Shown here one piece after another: positions 1-13,114 of a stretch of DNA of 64,000 bases; position 1 is the stretch's first letter, and every line of letters starts with the position of its first letter. Both the position numbers and the translations under genes were made by a program. The notes beneath the pieces were generated by a model. That model ran no database searches and had not been told where the DNA came from. It saw nothing but the letters and a program-made list of their open reading frames with translations. Source of the stretch: Felis catus (taxonomy: Eukaryota); assembly GCF_018350175.1 (NCBI RefSeq), contig NC_058368.1, forward strand, positions 28,212,001 to 28,276,000. Reading direction: 5' to 3'.

Positions 1-142
1 AAATAGCAACTACAGCGCTGGGAATAGAGAATGGGCTGGCATGTATTTAATTGGTTTTCAAGACAGAGTCAGTTTTCATAAAAAATTAGTACTTGTTTTT
101 TGGGTTTTTTTTTTAATGGTTTTTCCCAGTTGCTTTATACAC

Positions 143-440
143 CTCGAGGCTTGCTCTGCTGGAAGACATCTGCAAATCCCCAGACTCTGGCTTGCCATTG
201 GGGTGTAACCAGCTGCGGGTGCTCTCCTGCCAGAGTTTCACAAGCCCTCTCAAGGCTTTTAGCATTGGCACCGAAGTCCTGGGACCCTGCTCCTTCAGGG
301 CTGCACCCAGTCCTGGGAGCCCCCTCTTCTAGGCTGCACCCAATCTGTTTTCCAGCTCCCCTCCTCCTACAGAGCATCAGCAGTGGGGCATTCCATATTC
401 CCAGAGGAGCCCGTCGCCACGCAATTACTAAAGACCAATT
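143..440 (-). pseudogene. Dynein pseudo-exon (AAA5 start)
   Basis: QNWSLVIAWRRAPLGI ~ QNGIIVTKASRYPLLI; SLERACE...PQLV ~ HLEDSLSLGRPLLI; open frame (ORF 135..497). Confidence 0.65.
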
Positions 441-558
441 CTGAGTCCAGCGTGGGGGAGCCAGGAGAAGCGTCCTTGGGGGGTTAACTACACACAAACA
501 TATTTATTCAACTTGTTGGGAATGTAAGCTACTAAGTGCTATTTCACAAGCCACTTAT

Positions 559-1090
559 GCAATGGTCGGGCTACTTCCCGAAACTTCTACTGCCAGCAGT
601 GCGGGTAGGAAAAATCTATCAAGGAAAATTTTCTAAACCAACAGCAATTATCCAAGTATTAACCTCTACATTCCTTTCTCCTTGCAAATCGTTTCTTCCC
701 CCTATCTTGTCCCCTGATATGCCTCTGGCTTTCTGCTCTGCTTCTACCCATATTCAATATTGTTCTCCAGGGACATTAGTTGTCAAACACGTTGAGCCTT
801 CATTCAAAAAATATATATATATATATATACTCATCAAGTGACTACCTTCCACCAACACTGTGTTTTGAAGAAGAACCGGTTTCTGCCCTGAGTCTAGTGG
901 GAGTGCTGGAGGCATAAAACAGCACACAACTGCGTTGTAGTAAATGTCGTGTTGGACAGCAAGGTTCACTGGTGGGTCGTTTACACCTGAATCCGTGCAA
1001 GTGCTTTTGGGGGCTACCTCAGAGGAATGTGCCATGAAGTCATGCCTTACATTTGACTGGAGGAGCTCTGCAGTGATCCAAATACTTCAT
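559..1090 (-). pseudogene. Two dynein pseudo-exons (MTBD/stalk CC2): 846-1090 and 559-797
   Basis: TAELLQS...ALPL ~ VIEFLSP...VLPL; STCLTTNVPGEQY*IWVE...ISGD ~ ASTLISGLAGEKERWTE...LVGD; phases fit. Confidence 0.65.
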
Positions 1091-1134
1091 CTGAAGAAAA
1101 TGTCTACTGCTTTTAACAGAAATGATTAATATCT

Positions 1135-1620
1135 GGTGTCTTGGTTTTCTATTACTGCCATAATACATTAACACAAATCTAGCAGCTTAAAAACAACACT
1201 AATTTATCCCCTGACAGTTGTGTAGGTCAGAAGTTCAGCAGGCTCAGCTAAGACTCTGCTCAGGGTCTCACGAGGTCAAAGTCAGGGTGTCCGTTGGCCT
1301 GGGCTTCTACCTGGAGGCTCTAGGAGAAAACCTGCTTCCAGGATCATTTCAGTTGTTGGCAGAATTGATTTCCTTCTCGTGGTCCTCATGTGGCCCCCTC
1401 TGTCTTCAAGCCCACAACGGTGAGTTGAGTTATTCTCATACTTCACATCCCTCTGCCTTCCTCTTCTGATCTCAAGGATTCATGGGATTACATTGGTTTC
1501 ACCTGTACAATTCAGGATAATTGCCCTACTTTAAGGTCAGCTGATTAGGAACCTTAATTACATATGCAAAATCCCTTCTGCTGTGCAACCACCACAGAAC
1601 TAAGACCAGGGGCAGAGATC
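1135..1620. mobile_element. MLT1-type MaLR LTR remnant
   Basis: gcagcttaaaaacaacac...gtcagaagttc...ggattacattgg...gataattgccctactttaaggtca motifs. Confidence 0.7.
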
Positions 1621-1656
1621 ATGGACTACCAAAACTCTGCCCACCTCCGTCTACCC

Positions 1657-1975
1657 TGTGGACCCCCCCAGGGTTCACCCACATGCCAAATACATTCATT
1701 CCATCCCAGTTTCTCCAAAAGTTTTGAAACCAGTAACCGAAGGGTTAACAGGACGAACAAGTACAGCCACAACTTTTTACTCAGACTTTTTTTCCATTTG
1801 CCTTCACATCTCCCTTACTCTCCTCGTTCAGGGAGGCAATTTGAGGCTAGCCCTCCTGTCTCCTCCTTTGGCTGCCTCCTGAATAATCCCTTTCCTTGCT
1901 GCATGCTCGATGTCTCAGTGACTGACTTTCTGTGCATCAGGCAGATGAACTTTGGGTTTGGTTATGGTTTCAATC
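1657..1975 (+). mobile_element. Probable ERV LTR fragment
   Basis: LTR-like 3' end (aataatccctttccttgctg...gtctcagtgactgactttctgtgcatcaggcag). Confidence 0.45.
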
Positions 1976-2029
1976 TAGTATAGCATCAAAATCCCACCTG
2001 AACTCATCAGTTCAAAAGTCCCACATCTC

Positions 2030-2190
2030 AGGGTGCCTGAGTGGCTCAGTCAGTTGAGCATCTGACTCGTGATTTCAGCTCAGGTCATGATCCCAAAGTC
2101 ACGGGATTGAGCCCTGTGTCGGGCTCCACACTGAGCATGAAACCTGCTGAAGATTTTCTCTCCCTCTCCATCTGCCTCTGTTCCCCACTA
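2030..2190 (+). mobile_element. SINEC (older, truncated)
   Basis: gggtgcctgagtggctcagtcagttgagc head. Confidence 0.85.
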
Positions 2191-2645
2191 GCCAAACTCC
2201 ATTAGGTTTCAATGCTCAGAAATACTTCTCCATAGCTCTCACTTCTGCCTTCTGAGTCATCAGGTAAATTGAAACAGCACGAACTATATTCCGGGCACTG
2301 TGCTACGGGTTTTACTTACATTGACTCATTTAGTCCTCCAACTACCCTGTGATGCACACTGTTATTAATTACTCCCATTTTATAGATAAGGACTCTGAGG
2401 CGTATGTGGGTACAGAGCTTGCCCAAGGTTGTACCGTCAAGCAGCAGAAGATCTGAACTCCACCCAGGCAGTCTGGCTTCAGGACCATGATGCTTAACAC
2501 TCCACTGTCCTGCAAAATCAGTAATAATTTTAAACCACTAAGTTCTGCTCAGGAAGGAAGGAGATTGGAAAGCATTCCAGACTTTCCCCATTACACACAG
2601 TATTACCTCTAAGATGTGTGCGTCTGTTTATATATCAGTTTGCAG

Positions 2646-2861
2646 GGGTGCCCGGGTGGCTCAGGCAGTTAAGCATCTGACTTCGGCTCAGGTCATAAAC
2701 TCGTGGTTTGTGAGTTCGAGCCCCGCGTTGGTCTCTGTGCTAACAGCTCAGAGCCTGGAGCCTGCTCCGGATTCTGTGTCTCCTCCTCTCTCTGCTCTTC
2801 CCATGCTCATGCTCCGTCTCTCTCTCTCTCTCTCTCAATAATAAATAAATGTTAAAAAAAT
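2646..2861 (+). mobile_element. SINEC (Can-SINE)
   Basis: tRNA-derived head, (CT)n, A-tail, ~15-bp TSD. Confidence 0.95.
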
Positions 2862-2980
2862 TATAAATCAGTGTGCAGGGCCCAGTTTCAGTACGGGGAA
2901 TTAAGAAAATATCTGGAATCTCTGTGGTGGGACGTAGTGGCAAAAACATTAAAGGAAATCCCAAGTCTCAGACTACTTAC

Positions 2981-3061
2981 ATGCAAAGCTCTTCTTCAGA
3001 AAGACTTTATGACATGAATCTCTATGTGTCTTCCTCCCACCTCAAAATCATCTGTCTCTTC
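2981..3061 (-). pseudogene. Dynein pseudo-exon (MTBD)
   Basis: 81 bp, strong acceptor, GTAAGT; LRWEEDT*RFMS ~ PSWQESLKLMT. Confidence 0.65.
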
Positions 3062-3667
3062 CTTTTAAGAAAAGAAAATCCTAACCCTTTAGGTACATGA
3101 AGACAATTATTTTCGAGTTACGTTTTAGTCTCTGCCCCTGATGGAGGAACACACTTGTTCAGTATTTCCTCACAGGGAGGCAGGATCACACAGTGGTTAG
3201 GAGTCAGGGCTCAGGGACTGGACTGTGTGTGATCACCTCTTCAGAGCTGCCTAATCCTTCACTTCTCTGAGACTCATTTGTAAAATAGGAACATAGTGAA
3301 CCTATTTCAGGGGGATTTTGTGATAACTAAATACATATGAACACTATGTGACTGAGATCCAGCAAGGGCTCAATAAATCTTAGTTACCATCATTTTCCTA
3401 TCTAAAGTCATTTTCCTTGTTTTTATTTTGTACCATTTGCAAGTTCCTCCGTGCTAAATTGCATATAATGTAGTTACAAATCTGTGGATCAAAGACCTAT
3501 TCTCTTTTATTTATTTGTATTGTTTGAAGTACATGTGGCTTAGAAGCTTTCACTATGAAAATGCTCTCTACAACGTAGTTTATTCCACATACTAATAATG
3601 ACCTGAGCTGAAACACCAAGAGTTTTCCTTAAATTTTATATTTTGCATTGGATACTCATTTTCATAC

Positions 3668-3795
3668 ATGCCCAGTTTCGCTGTGGCTTTTGAGGAATAA
3701 TTCACTGACACGCAATACCTTGCAAACCTCTTTCTCTTGCTTAGGGGCATGTCAGTTTTTCCCAATATTTTCTCTGCAGAATTTCTGTCCTGATA
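3668..3795 (-). pseudogene. Dynein pseudo-exon (MTBD)
   Basis: cttag/GTATGA; IRTEIL / APKQEKEVCKVLRVSELF ~ IRPSDI / PPHLIMRIMDCVLLLF. Confidence 0.5.
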
Positions 3796-3904
3796 CTAAG
3801 GAGGAAGTTCACAGTTAACCCTCACATAATTGACAGCCAAAATTCACAGAAGTTCAACCACAAGAAAGAAGCTTGTGGCAGAGAAAAATCAAAGGTTTTG
3901 AGTT

Positions 3905-4875
3905 CTACAGCTTACATCCATTAGGATGGCTACTATAAAATCGTGATAATAATTAATAACAATAATAACAGAAAACAACAAATATTGGTGACGATAGGGA
4001 GAATTCAGAAATCTTGTACACTTACAGAATGGTGGCATTATAAAATGGTGCAACCACTATGGAAAACAGTTGGAAGTACTTATAAAAAAAATTAGGGGCG
4101 CCTGGGTGGCTCAGTCAGTTAAGCGTCCGACTTCGGCTCAGGTCACAATCTCGCGGTATGTGAGTTCGAGCCCCGCGTCGGGCTCTGTGCTAACTGCTCA
4201 GAGCCTGGAGCCTGTTTCGGATTCTGTGTCTCCCTCTCTCTCTGACCCTCCCCCGTTCATGCTCTGTCTCTCTCTGTTTCAAAAATAAATAAACGTTAAA
4301 AAAAATTAAAAAAAATTAAAAGTAGAACTATCGTGTGATCCGGCATCCAACTTCTGGGTGCATACCCAAAGAATTGAAAGCAGTGTCTCAAAGAGATATT
4401 TGCATACCCATGTTCATTGCAGCACTATTCACAAGAGCCAAGAGGTAGAAGCAACTCAAATACTGACGGAGGATGATTGGATAAACAAAATGTGGGATCC
4501 ACGTATAGTGGGATATTATTCAGCCTTAAAAAGGAAGAAAGTCCTGATACATGCTACGACGTGGATGAACTTTGAGGAAATTATGTCAAATGAAATAAGC
4601 ACATCACAAAAAGATAAATACTGGATGATTCCACTTATGTGAGTTACCTAAAGTAGGCAAATTCATAGGAAAAGAAAGTAGAACAGTGATTATGAGGGGC
4701 TGCAGGGAGAGGACAAAAGAGAATTGCCATTTAATGGGCATAGAGTTTCTATTCTGCAAGATGAAAATATTCTAGAGTCCTCTTTTACAACAATGTGAAT
4801 ATACTTAACACGAGCAACTGTACACTTAAAAATGGTTAAGATGGTAAAGGTTGTATGTTTTTACCACAATTAAAA
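3905..4875 (+). mobile_element. L1 3' end (L1MA/MB-like) containing a SINEC at ~4095-4318
   Basis: ORF2 C-terminal/3'UTR motifs (aaaatggtgcaaccactatggaaaacag; gatgattccacttatgtgag). Confidence 0.9.
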
Positions 4876-5153
4876 AAATCCAAAAGCCTAGAATGTATAA
4901 CACCAAGAGTGAATCCTAATGTAAGCCATGGGCTTTTGGTGCTGATGATGTGTCAGTATAGGTTCGTTAACTATAACAAATAGACCACTCTTGTCGGGGA
5001 TTCTTGATAGTAGGGGAGGTTCTGGGGGGATGAGGGCATATATGGAAACTCTGTATTTTATGATCTATTTTTCTGTAAACCTGAAAAAAAATTTAATGTG
5101 TTTTTTAGTTGTGAATTCTCCATTATGTAAATGTTGTAAACACCCAACAATAC

Positions 5154-5251
5154 CTTCAGAAAGATTTAGCTTGCTGTGCCAACTAAACGGACGAGGATAT
5201 CAGTGGATAACCTCAAAGCCATCAGCAATGTGTTGTAATACAAACTATCAC
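5154..5251 (-). pseudogene. Dynein pseudo-exon (stalk CC1)
   Basis: catag/GTATTG; VLQHIADG / LAQQA ~ IVDSISKD / LEEAE. Confidence 0.45.
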
Positions 5252-6454
5252 CTATGGTCAATTCATGCTCATTTGGGACTCACTCCTTTGGAATAGGCAG
5301 GACTCCCTGTTTCTTCATCTGCAACATAAGGGGCCACATTAAATGACCACGAAGGCCAGTTTGACCAATATACGACCTTATGAGGTTATGAGTATAGGTC
5401 TCATACGTGATTTTCATTGAGTAAAAAGTTGTAAAATAGATGACTTGGGATTTGTGTTTGTGATTCATGGTTATGTAATACTTCCCAGATTCGCCATTTA
5501 GAGATGAATTAAAAGTGACTGTTTCTATGAATTACCACTCAGCTATAAGTTGAATTTTCACTTGCAATACCAAAAAGCAATTTAGTGGTCCTTGTTTTAA
5601 AATAATTCCGGCCACAAAATTAGTTTCAATAATGTTTTTAAAGATTGACATTATACAAAATGCCTCTTCAGATCACAATAAAATGAAAGTAGCAGAAGGA
5701 AAATTGGAAAATCCACAAACATGTAGAATTAAACAGCACCCTTTTAAACCGTGGGTCAAAGAGTAAGTCACAAAGGAAATTAGAAAATATCTTTAGACAA
5801 ATAAAAATGAAAGTCGTAGGATGCAGCAAAAGCAGTGCCAAGAGGGGTTTCATAGCAATAGACACATACATTCAAAATAAAGTAAGATCTAAGATCTTAA
5901 AGTAATAAACTAACTTTTCACCTCAACAAATTAGAACAAGAAGAACACAACAAACCTAAGGGTAACAGAAGAAGGAAAATAATAAAGATTAAAGCAGAGA
6001 TAATGAAGTAGAAAATTAAAAAAAAATCCAATAAAACAATAGAAAAACAGAAATAAAACAAAACCTAAGACTTAGTTTTTTGGAAACAACAAAATTGACA
6101 AGCCCTTAGCTAGATTAACTAAAAGAGAGAGAGAGAGAAGCCTCAAATAACTGACATCACAAATTAAATGAAGGACATTAAAACTGATCCCACAGAAATG
6201 AAAAGAATTATGAATATGAACAACTGGATGCCAACAAATTAGATAACCTAGAAGAAATGTATAAATTTCTAGAGCACACAACCTGCCGAGACTGAATCAT
6301 GAAGAAAGAAAGGATCTTAAAGAAGGAAAACCCGAACACACTGATAACTAGTAAGAAAATTGAATCAGTAATCTAAAACCTAACAAAGAAATTCCCAGGA
6401 CCAGATGGCTGCACTAGAGCATTCTACCAAACACTTAAAGAAGAACTAACAATA

Positions 6455-6680
6455 GGGGAGTCTGGGTGGCTCAGCTGGTTAAGTGTCCAACTTTTGGTTT
6501 TGGCTCAGGTCATGATCTCATGGTTTCATGAATTTGAGCCCCTCATCAGGCTCTGTGCTGTCAGCATAGAACCTGCTTAGGATTCTCTCTCCCTCTCTCT
6601 CTCTCTGTCTCTCCCTCACTCATGCTGTCTCTGTCTCTCTCAAAAAATAAATAAATAAATAAATAAACTTAAAAAAACAG
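6455..6680 (+). mobile_element. SINEC
   Basis: Head, (CT)n, (AAAT)n tail. Confidence 0.93.
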
Positions 6681-6872
6681 AATTAACAAATCTCCTTAAA
6701 TTAAAAAAAAAGAATTAACAAATCTCCTCAAACTCTTCCAAAAAATTGAAAAGGAAAGAATACTTCCAAGCTCATTCTATGAAGCCAGAATTATCTTGAT
6801 ACCAAAGCCAGGCAAAGATACTACAAATTGATATCCCTGATGAATATTTATGTAAAAATTCTCAACAAAATA

Positions 6873-7435
6873 CAGTTGACCATCAAAAAATGTGGGAAGT
6901 AGGGGCACTGATGCCCCCACATAGTGCAAAATCCATGTATGACTTGATTCCCCCCAAACTAAACTACTAATAGTTTACTGTTGACTGGAAACTCTACAGA
7001 TAATATAGTCAATTAAAACATATTTTGTATGTTATATGTATTTTATCTGTATTTTTATAAGGTAGGCAAGAGAAAATAAAATGTTATTAAAAAATAATAA
7101 GGAGGGGTGCCTGGGTGGCTCAGTCGGTTGGGCGGCCGACTTAGGCTCAGGTCATGATCTTGAGGTCCATGAGTTCAAGCCCCACGTCGGGCTCTGTGCT
7201 GACAGCTCAGAACCTGGAACCTGTTTCGGATTCTGTGTCTCCCTCTCTCTGACCCTCCCCCATTCATGCTCTGTCTCTCTCTCTCTATCTCAAAAATAAA
7301 TAAACGTTAAAAAAATTTAAAAAAAATAATAAGGAAGAGAAAATACATTTACAGTAGTGTACTGTATTTATTGAAAACAATCCACCTATAAGTGGATCCT
7401 TGCAGTTCAAACCCATGTTGCTCAAGGGTCAACTA
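6873..7435. mobile_element. Tigger2-derived MITE containing a SINEC at ~7104-7322
   Basis: TIRs cagttgacc...gggtcaacta flanked by TA. Confidence 0.8.
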
Positions 7436-8507
7436 TACAAGTAAACAGAATTCAACAGCACATTATAAGGATTATACTCTATGACCAATTGGGATTTATT
7501 CTTTGAATGCAAGGATTGTTTGGCATATGAAAATAAATCAATATAAAGAGTCACATTAACAGAATGAAAGATAAAAACCAATGGCCATCTCAACTGATGC
7601 GGAAAAAGTATTTGACAAGATCTATGATTTAAAAAACACTCAAGAAACTAGGAAAGAAGGAAATTGCCTCAAAATAATAATAAAGTCCATATATGAAAAA
7701 CTTACAAATAACATCATACCCAATGGTGAAAGATTGAATGTTTTTCCTTTAAGATCAAGAATGAAACAAACGTGTTTATTCTCACCATTTCTGTTTAACA
7801 TCATACTGGAAGTCCTACCCAGAGCAATTAGATAAGAAAAAAAGATAAACCAAAACAAACATATTGGAAAAAAAGAAGTAAAATTATCTCTGTTCACAGA
7901 TGACATGATCTCATATATAGAAAACCCTAAAGATTCCACACAAAATCTATTAGAACTAATGAACAAATTCAGCAAAGTTGCAGGATACAAAATGAACACA
8001 CAAAAGTCAATTGCATTTTTATACACTAATGATGAACAATCAGAAAAGGAAATTGTGATAATTCTATTTACATTAATATCAAAAAGAATAAAATATTAAG
8101 AATAAACCTAACCAAGGAGTTGAAAGATTTATACACTGAAAACCACAAAACATTGCTGAAAAAAAATTAAGGAAAATACAAATAAATGGGAAAACATCCC
8201 ACATTCATGAATTGGAATATTTAATATTGTTAAGATGTCAGTACTACTCAAAGTGACCTACAGATTCAGTGCATTCCTATCGAAATCCCATGGCATAGTT
8301 TGTAGAAATAGAAAATTTCATCCTAAAATTCATATGGAATCTCAAGCAATCTTGAATAGCCACAATTCTGAGAAAGATGAACAAAGCTGGAGGACTTATA
8401 TTTCTTGATCTTAAAAATTATTAGAAGGCTATAGTAATCAAGACAGTAGTGTGGTACTGGTGTAAAGAAAGACAAATGGATTAATGGGATAGAATTGAGA
8501 GCCCAGA

Positions 8508-8813
8508 CTAAAATCAAAAACATAAGAAACAACAAGTGTTGGCAAGGATGTAGAGAAAAAAGAACGCTTATACATTGTTGGTGGGAATGCAAACTGGTGC
8601 AGCCACTCTGGAAAACAGTATGGAGTTTCCTCAAAAAATTAAAAATAGAAATACCAGGTTATCCAGTAATTCCATCACTGGGTATTTACCAAGAATATAA
8701 AAACACTAATTCAAAAAGAAATATGCACCCCTGTGTTTATTGCAGTATTATTTACAATAGCCAAAATATGGAAGCAACCCAAGTGTCTGTTGATAGATGA
8801 ATGGATAAAGAAG

Positions 8814-8853
<40 letters not shown>

Positions 8854-9574
8854 TACATACATACATACCACGGAATATTACTGTGGTGTATATATAAGAT
8901 GTGGTGTGTGTGGTATCACAGAATATTACCCATCCATAAAAAAAGAATGAAATTTTGCCATTTGCAACAACATGGATGGATCTAGAGGGTATAATGAAAT
9001 GAGTGAAATAAGTCAGTCAGAGAAGGACAAATACCATATGATTTCACCCTTATGTGGAATTTAAGAAACAAAACAAATGTTCAAAGAAAATGGAGATAAA
9101 TAAAAAAAACCAGATTCTTTTTTTTTATTTTTTTTCAACGTTTTTTATTTATTTTTGGGACAGAGCGAGACAGAGCATGAACGGGGGAGGGGCAGAGAAA
9201 GAGGGAGACACAGAATCGGAAACAGGCTCCAGGCTCTGAGCCATCAGCCCAGAGCCTGACGCGGGGCTCGAACCCACGGACCGTGAGATCGTGACCTGGC
9301 TGAAGTCGGACGCTTAACCGACTGCGCCACCCAGGCGCCCCAAAAAAACCAGATTCTTAAATATAGAGAACGAACTGATGGTTACCAAAAGGAAGATGGT
9401 GAGGGAATGAGTAAAATAATTGAAGGTAATTAAGAGTACACATATCATGATGAGCACTGAGTAATATATAGAATTGTTGAATCACTATATTGCACACCTG
9501 TGACTAATACAACAATGTACATAAATTATACTGGAATTTTAAAAAAGCAAATAAATAAATTAAAAAAAAACAAA
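8508..9574 (+). mobile_element. Younger carnivore L1 3' end nested in older L1 (SINEC on - strand at ~9118-9341)
   Basis: A-rich tail; TSD gagagcccaga at ~8497 and ~9575. Confidence 0.85.
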
Positions 9575-9899
9575 GAGAGCCCAGAAATAAATTCATATAT
9601 ATAGTCAAACGATCTTTGACAATTGCCAGGATCATTCAAAGGGAGAAAGAACAATATCTTGAACAAATGGTGTTGGGGAAACTAGATATCTACAAGCAAA
9701 GAATGAGTTTTGACTCTACCTTCTGCCGTATATAAAAATTAACTCAAAATGGATTAAGATCTAAACGTACAATTCAAACTATAGAACCCCTAGTAGAAAA
9801 TGTAGGGGGAAATCTTCATAACATTGGATTTGGCAATGATTTCTTGAATCTGACATAAAAAATATAGGCAACAAAAGTAAAAACAGACAAATGGGACTA

Positions 9900-10345
9900 C
9901 TGTGTGTGTGTGGGGGGGGGGGGGGGATGCACAATGGAATATTACCCAGCCATAAAAACGAACGCAACTTGCCATTTGCAGCAACGTAGATGGAACTAGA
10001 AAGTATAATGCTAAGTGAAATAAGTCAGAGAAAGACAAATTCCATAAGATTTCACTCATATGTGGAATTTAAGAAACAAAACAAACGAGCAAAGAAGGGT
10101 TAAAAAGAGAGCGAAGCAAACCAAAAAGCAGACTCTTAACAATACAGAACAAACTCATGGTTACCAGAGGGGAGGTTGGTGGAAGGATGGGTGAAATAGG
10201 TGATGGGGATTAAGGAGTGCATTTGTTGTGATAAGCACAGGGTGATGTATGGAAGTGTTGATTCACTGTATTCTACACCTGAAACTAATACTACAGTATA
10301 TGTTAACTAACTGGAATTCAAATAAAAACTAAAAGCAAAAAAAAA
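9900..10345 (+). mobile_element. Second nested L1 3' end
   Basis: L1 3'UTR with aataaa and A-tail interrupting host ORF2. Confidence 0.8.
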
Positions 10346-11276
10346 AAATTTTTTTTTTGTTCATCAAAGGACATCATCAACCTATAGAAGGGAGAAAATA
10401 TTTTCAGATCATATATCCAATAAGTTAATATCCAGACTCATACAACTCAACCAACAAAGTACAAATAATCCAATTTAAAAATTGGCAAAGGACTTGAATA
10501 AACATTTCTCCAAATAAGATAAACAAATAGCCAACAAACATATGAAAAGAGGCTCAACATCTCCCTAATCATCAGAGAAAAGAAAATCAAAACAATGCAA
10601 GATCGCCTCATACCCTTTAGGATAGTTACTATCTAAAAAATAAATAAAATAAATAAAAATAAAAATAAAAATAATAGTAAGTGTTGTTAAGAATGTGGGA
10701 AACTCGAAACCCTTGTGCACTGTGGATGGAATTGTAAAATAGAGTAGCCATCATGGAAAACAGCATGAAGTTTCCTCAAAAAATTAAAAATAGAAATGCC
10801 ATCTGATCCAGCAATTCCACTTATGAGTATGTATCAATGAATTGAAAGCAGCATGTCAAGGAGATATTTGCATACCCACCTTCACAGAAGCACTATTCAT
10901 GATAGCCAAGAGGTGAAAGCAATCAAAATGACCATCAATGGATAAATGAATGAACAAAATGTGGTATATACATACAATGAAATACTACGCAGCTTTAAAA
11001 AGGGAGGAAATCCTATCACCTGCTACAACAAGAAATGAGGAATTATTCTAGGTGAAATAAGCCAATCACAAAAAGATGAATAATGTATGAGTCCATTTAT
11101 ATGAGGTATCTAAAGTAGTCAAATTCATAGATATACAGAGTAGAATGATGGGGAATTGTTGTTCAGTGAGGATAGAGTTTCTGTTTACTAGATTAAACAA
11201 TTCTTAGATATCTGTTTCACAACAATGGAAATATCTTGAACACTACTAAGTGTACACTTCAAAATTGTTAAGATGG

Positions 11277-11485
11277 GGGATGTATGGGAGGCTTAGTCTG
11301 TTAAGCTACCAGCTCTTGATTTTGGCTCAGGTCATGATCACATGGTTCATGATTTTGAGTCCCACATTGGGCTCTGCACTAGTAGTAAGGAGCCTGCTTG
11401 GGATTCTCTGTCTCCCTCTCTCTCTGCCCCACTCCCTCTCTCTCCCTCTCTCTCTCAATCTCAAAAATAAATAAGTAAACTTAAA
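11277..11485 (+). mobile_element. SINEC
   Basis: Diverged head, CT tract, TSD ttaagatgg. Confidence 0.88.
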
Positions 11486-12609
11486 AAATGGTTAAGATGG
11501 TAACATTTTTGACATGTGTTTTCTACCACAATAAAAAATATACTTACAAGTCAGGTTTTTCACTACAGCTGGAGAGTGTCAGTAAGTTTATCACTCTTGC
11601 CCCCAAATACACAGACATTGGTTGTGATTTGATGGGAGAGACTTGTCCAGGGTCCCAGGGCTAAAACTACATTTGGGAGGAGGCTTGAAAGCTGTAGAGC
11701 TCAGCTGGGGACCAAAGAGGCAGGATCACGCCTCCCTCTCTCGCCTCTGTTCCTGCCAAGCCAGTTCACTGCATCAGTGGGCAAATCCAACAACTAGGCA
11801 GGATTGGATTCTGTTTCTGTCTTCGTGGGACACAGAACAATGTCTCTCCAAGGTTCTGTGTTCTCCTTGCTACCTTCCCTTCCACCATTTATTTTATTTT
11901 ATTTTATTTTATTTTATTTTATTTTATTTGTTTGTTTTTGCCTAGCCCTTTGGAGCCTTCATAGTGCTGTAAACACCTCAGACTCTTCCAAAACCACGTC
12001 ACATTCTCCATCCCCTGGACTTTGAATGGGTTTTAGTTCTCCCTGGAGGATACCCCTTCTGCTGGGAATCCTGTACAAGGAAGCTGGAATTCTCCCAATG
12101 GTGGGGCCATAATAAATAGTGAGTGAGTGAGCGAGTGAGTGAGTCTCAGTGTGGCTTCACATTACTTTTATGGCCTCTGATAAGCAAGCTATAACTCCCA
12201 TCCTTCTCAGAAGCTAGTTGATCTTCATCACCCTTCTTCTACCTACAAGCTCTCCTCTCTCCCCTCTTCCTTTTTCCCTCTCCCTCCCTCCGTCTGTATT
12301 TCTTCCTCTTCTTTAGTATGCAGACACATTCAACTCTCTCATCTTAAAAAGGACCCTCCCTCAAGCCTCTTTATCTCTCACTTTCTCGCCTCGTTTTCAC
12401 GTGAAGTTTCTTTACAAGTGCGTCAGGGCTAGGTGTCCCTACTTTCACCTTTCCTATGGTGCCATGTTGTCACTTTTCGCTGTGACAGAATTATTACCTA
12501 GAGGTGATGATACAGAGTCATAGCACCTACACACATATTATACAAATTAATAATCTTAACATTTACATTTGCTTCAAATCTTATTTTTTAAGAAATATAG
12601 ATATGGCTG

Positions 12610-12815
12610 GCTCGCCTGGGGGGCTGAGTCAGTTAAGCATTTGACTCTTGATTTTGGCTCAGGTCATGAGTTTGTGAGTTCAAGGCCCTACATCGGGGCT
12701 CTCTGCTGTCAGAGCCTGCTTTAGATCCTCTGTCTCCCTGTCTCTCTGCCCCTCCACCATCTGCTCACACACACCCTCTCCCTCTCTCTCTCGCTCTCAA
12801 AAATAAACATTAAAA
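12610..12815 (+). mobile_element. SINEC
   Basis: Head, CT tract, A-tail. Confidence 0.88.
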
Positions 12816-13039
12816 AAAGAAATAGAGATTTTGGTTGAAGTTTCATATGTATATGTATATGAATACATATGTATGTATAGAGATATTGGTTGAAGTTTCT
12901 GTGTTTACCTCCATAATTTAATTTTCCCTTCTCCTCCAAGATTATACCCATCCTGATTTTGATGTTTATCAATCTGATGAAACTTATTACACTATTATTG
13001 CAGATATGTATTCATATACACTTTATAATATTTTTATAG

Positions 13040-13097
13040 ATTTTTTAACTTTTCATAAATTTTTAACTTTTCATAAAATTTTAACTTTTCATAAATT
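13040..13097. repeat. ~18-19 bp tandem repeat x3 (ttttaacttttcataaa)
   Basis: Direct reading. Confidence 0.85.
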
Positions 13098-13114
13098 CTT
13101 AAGCTTCTCTGTCT

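Larger units (their letters stand above)
5640..11540 (+). mobile_element. Degenerate L1 (ORF2 to 3'UTR) hosting nested L1s, a Tigger2-type MITE and SINECs
   Basis: ORF2 RT remnants ([34 protein letters not shown]). Confidence 0.92.

Noticed and set aside
4095..4170. tRNA-like A/B box sequence
   Set aside because: tRNA-derived SINEC head, not a tRNA gene.
7581..8800. ORFs with reverse-transcriptase-like peptides
   Set aside because: Fragmented L1 ORF2, not an intact gene or novel retroelement.
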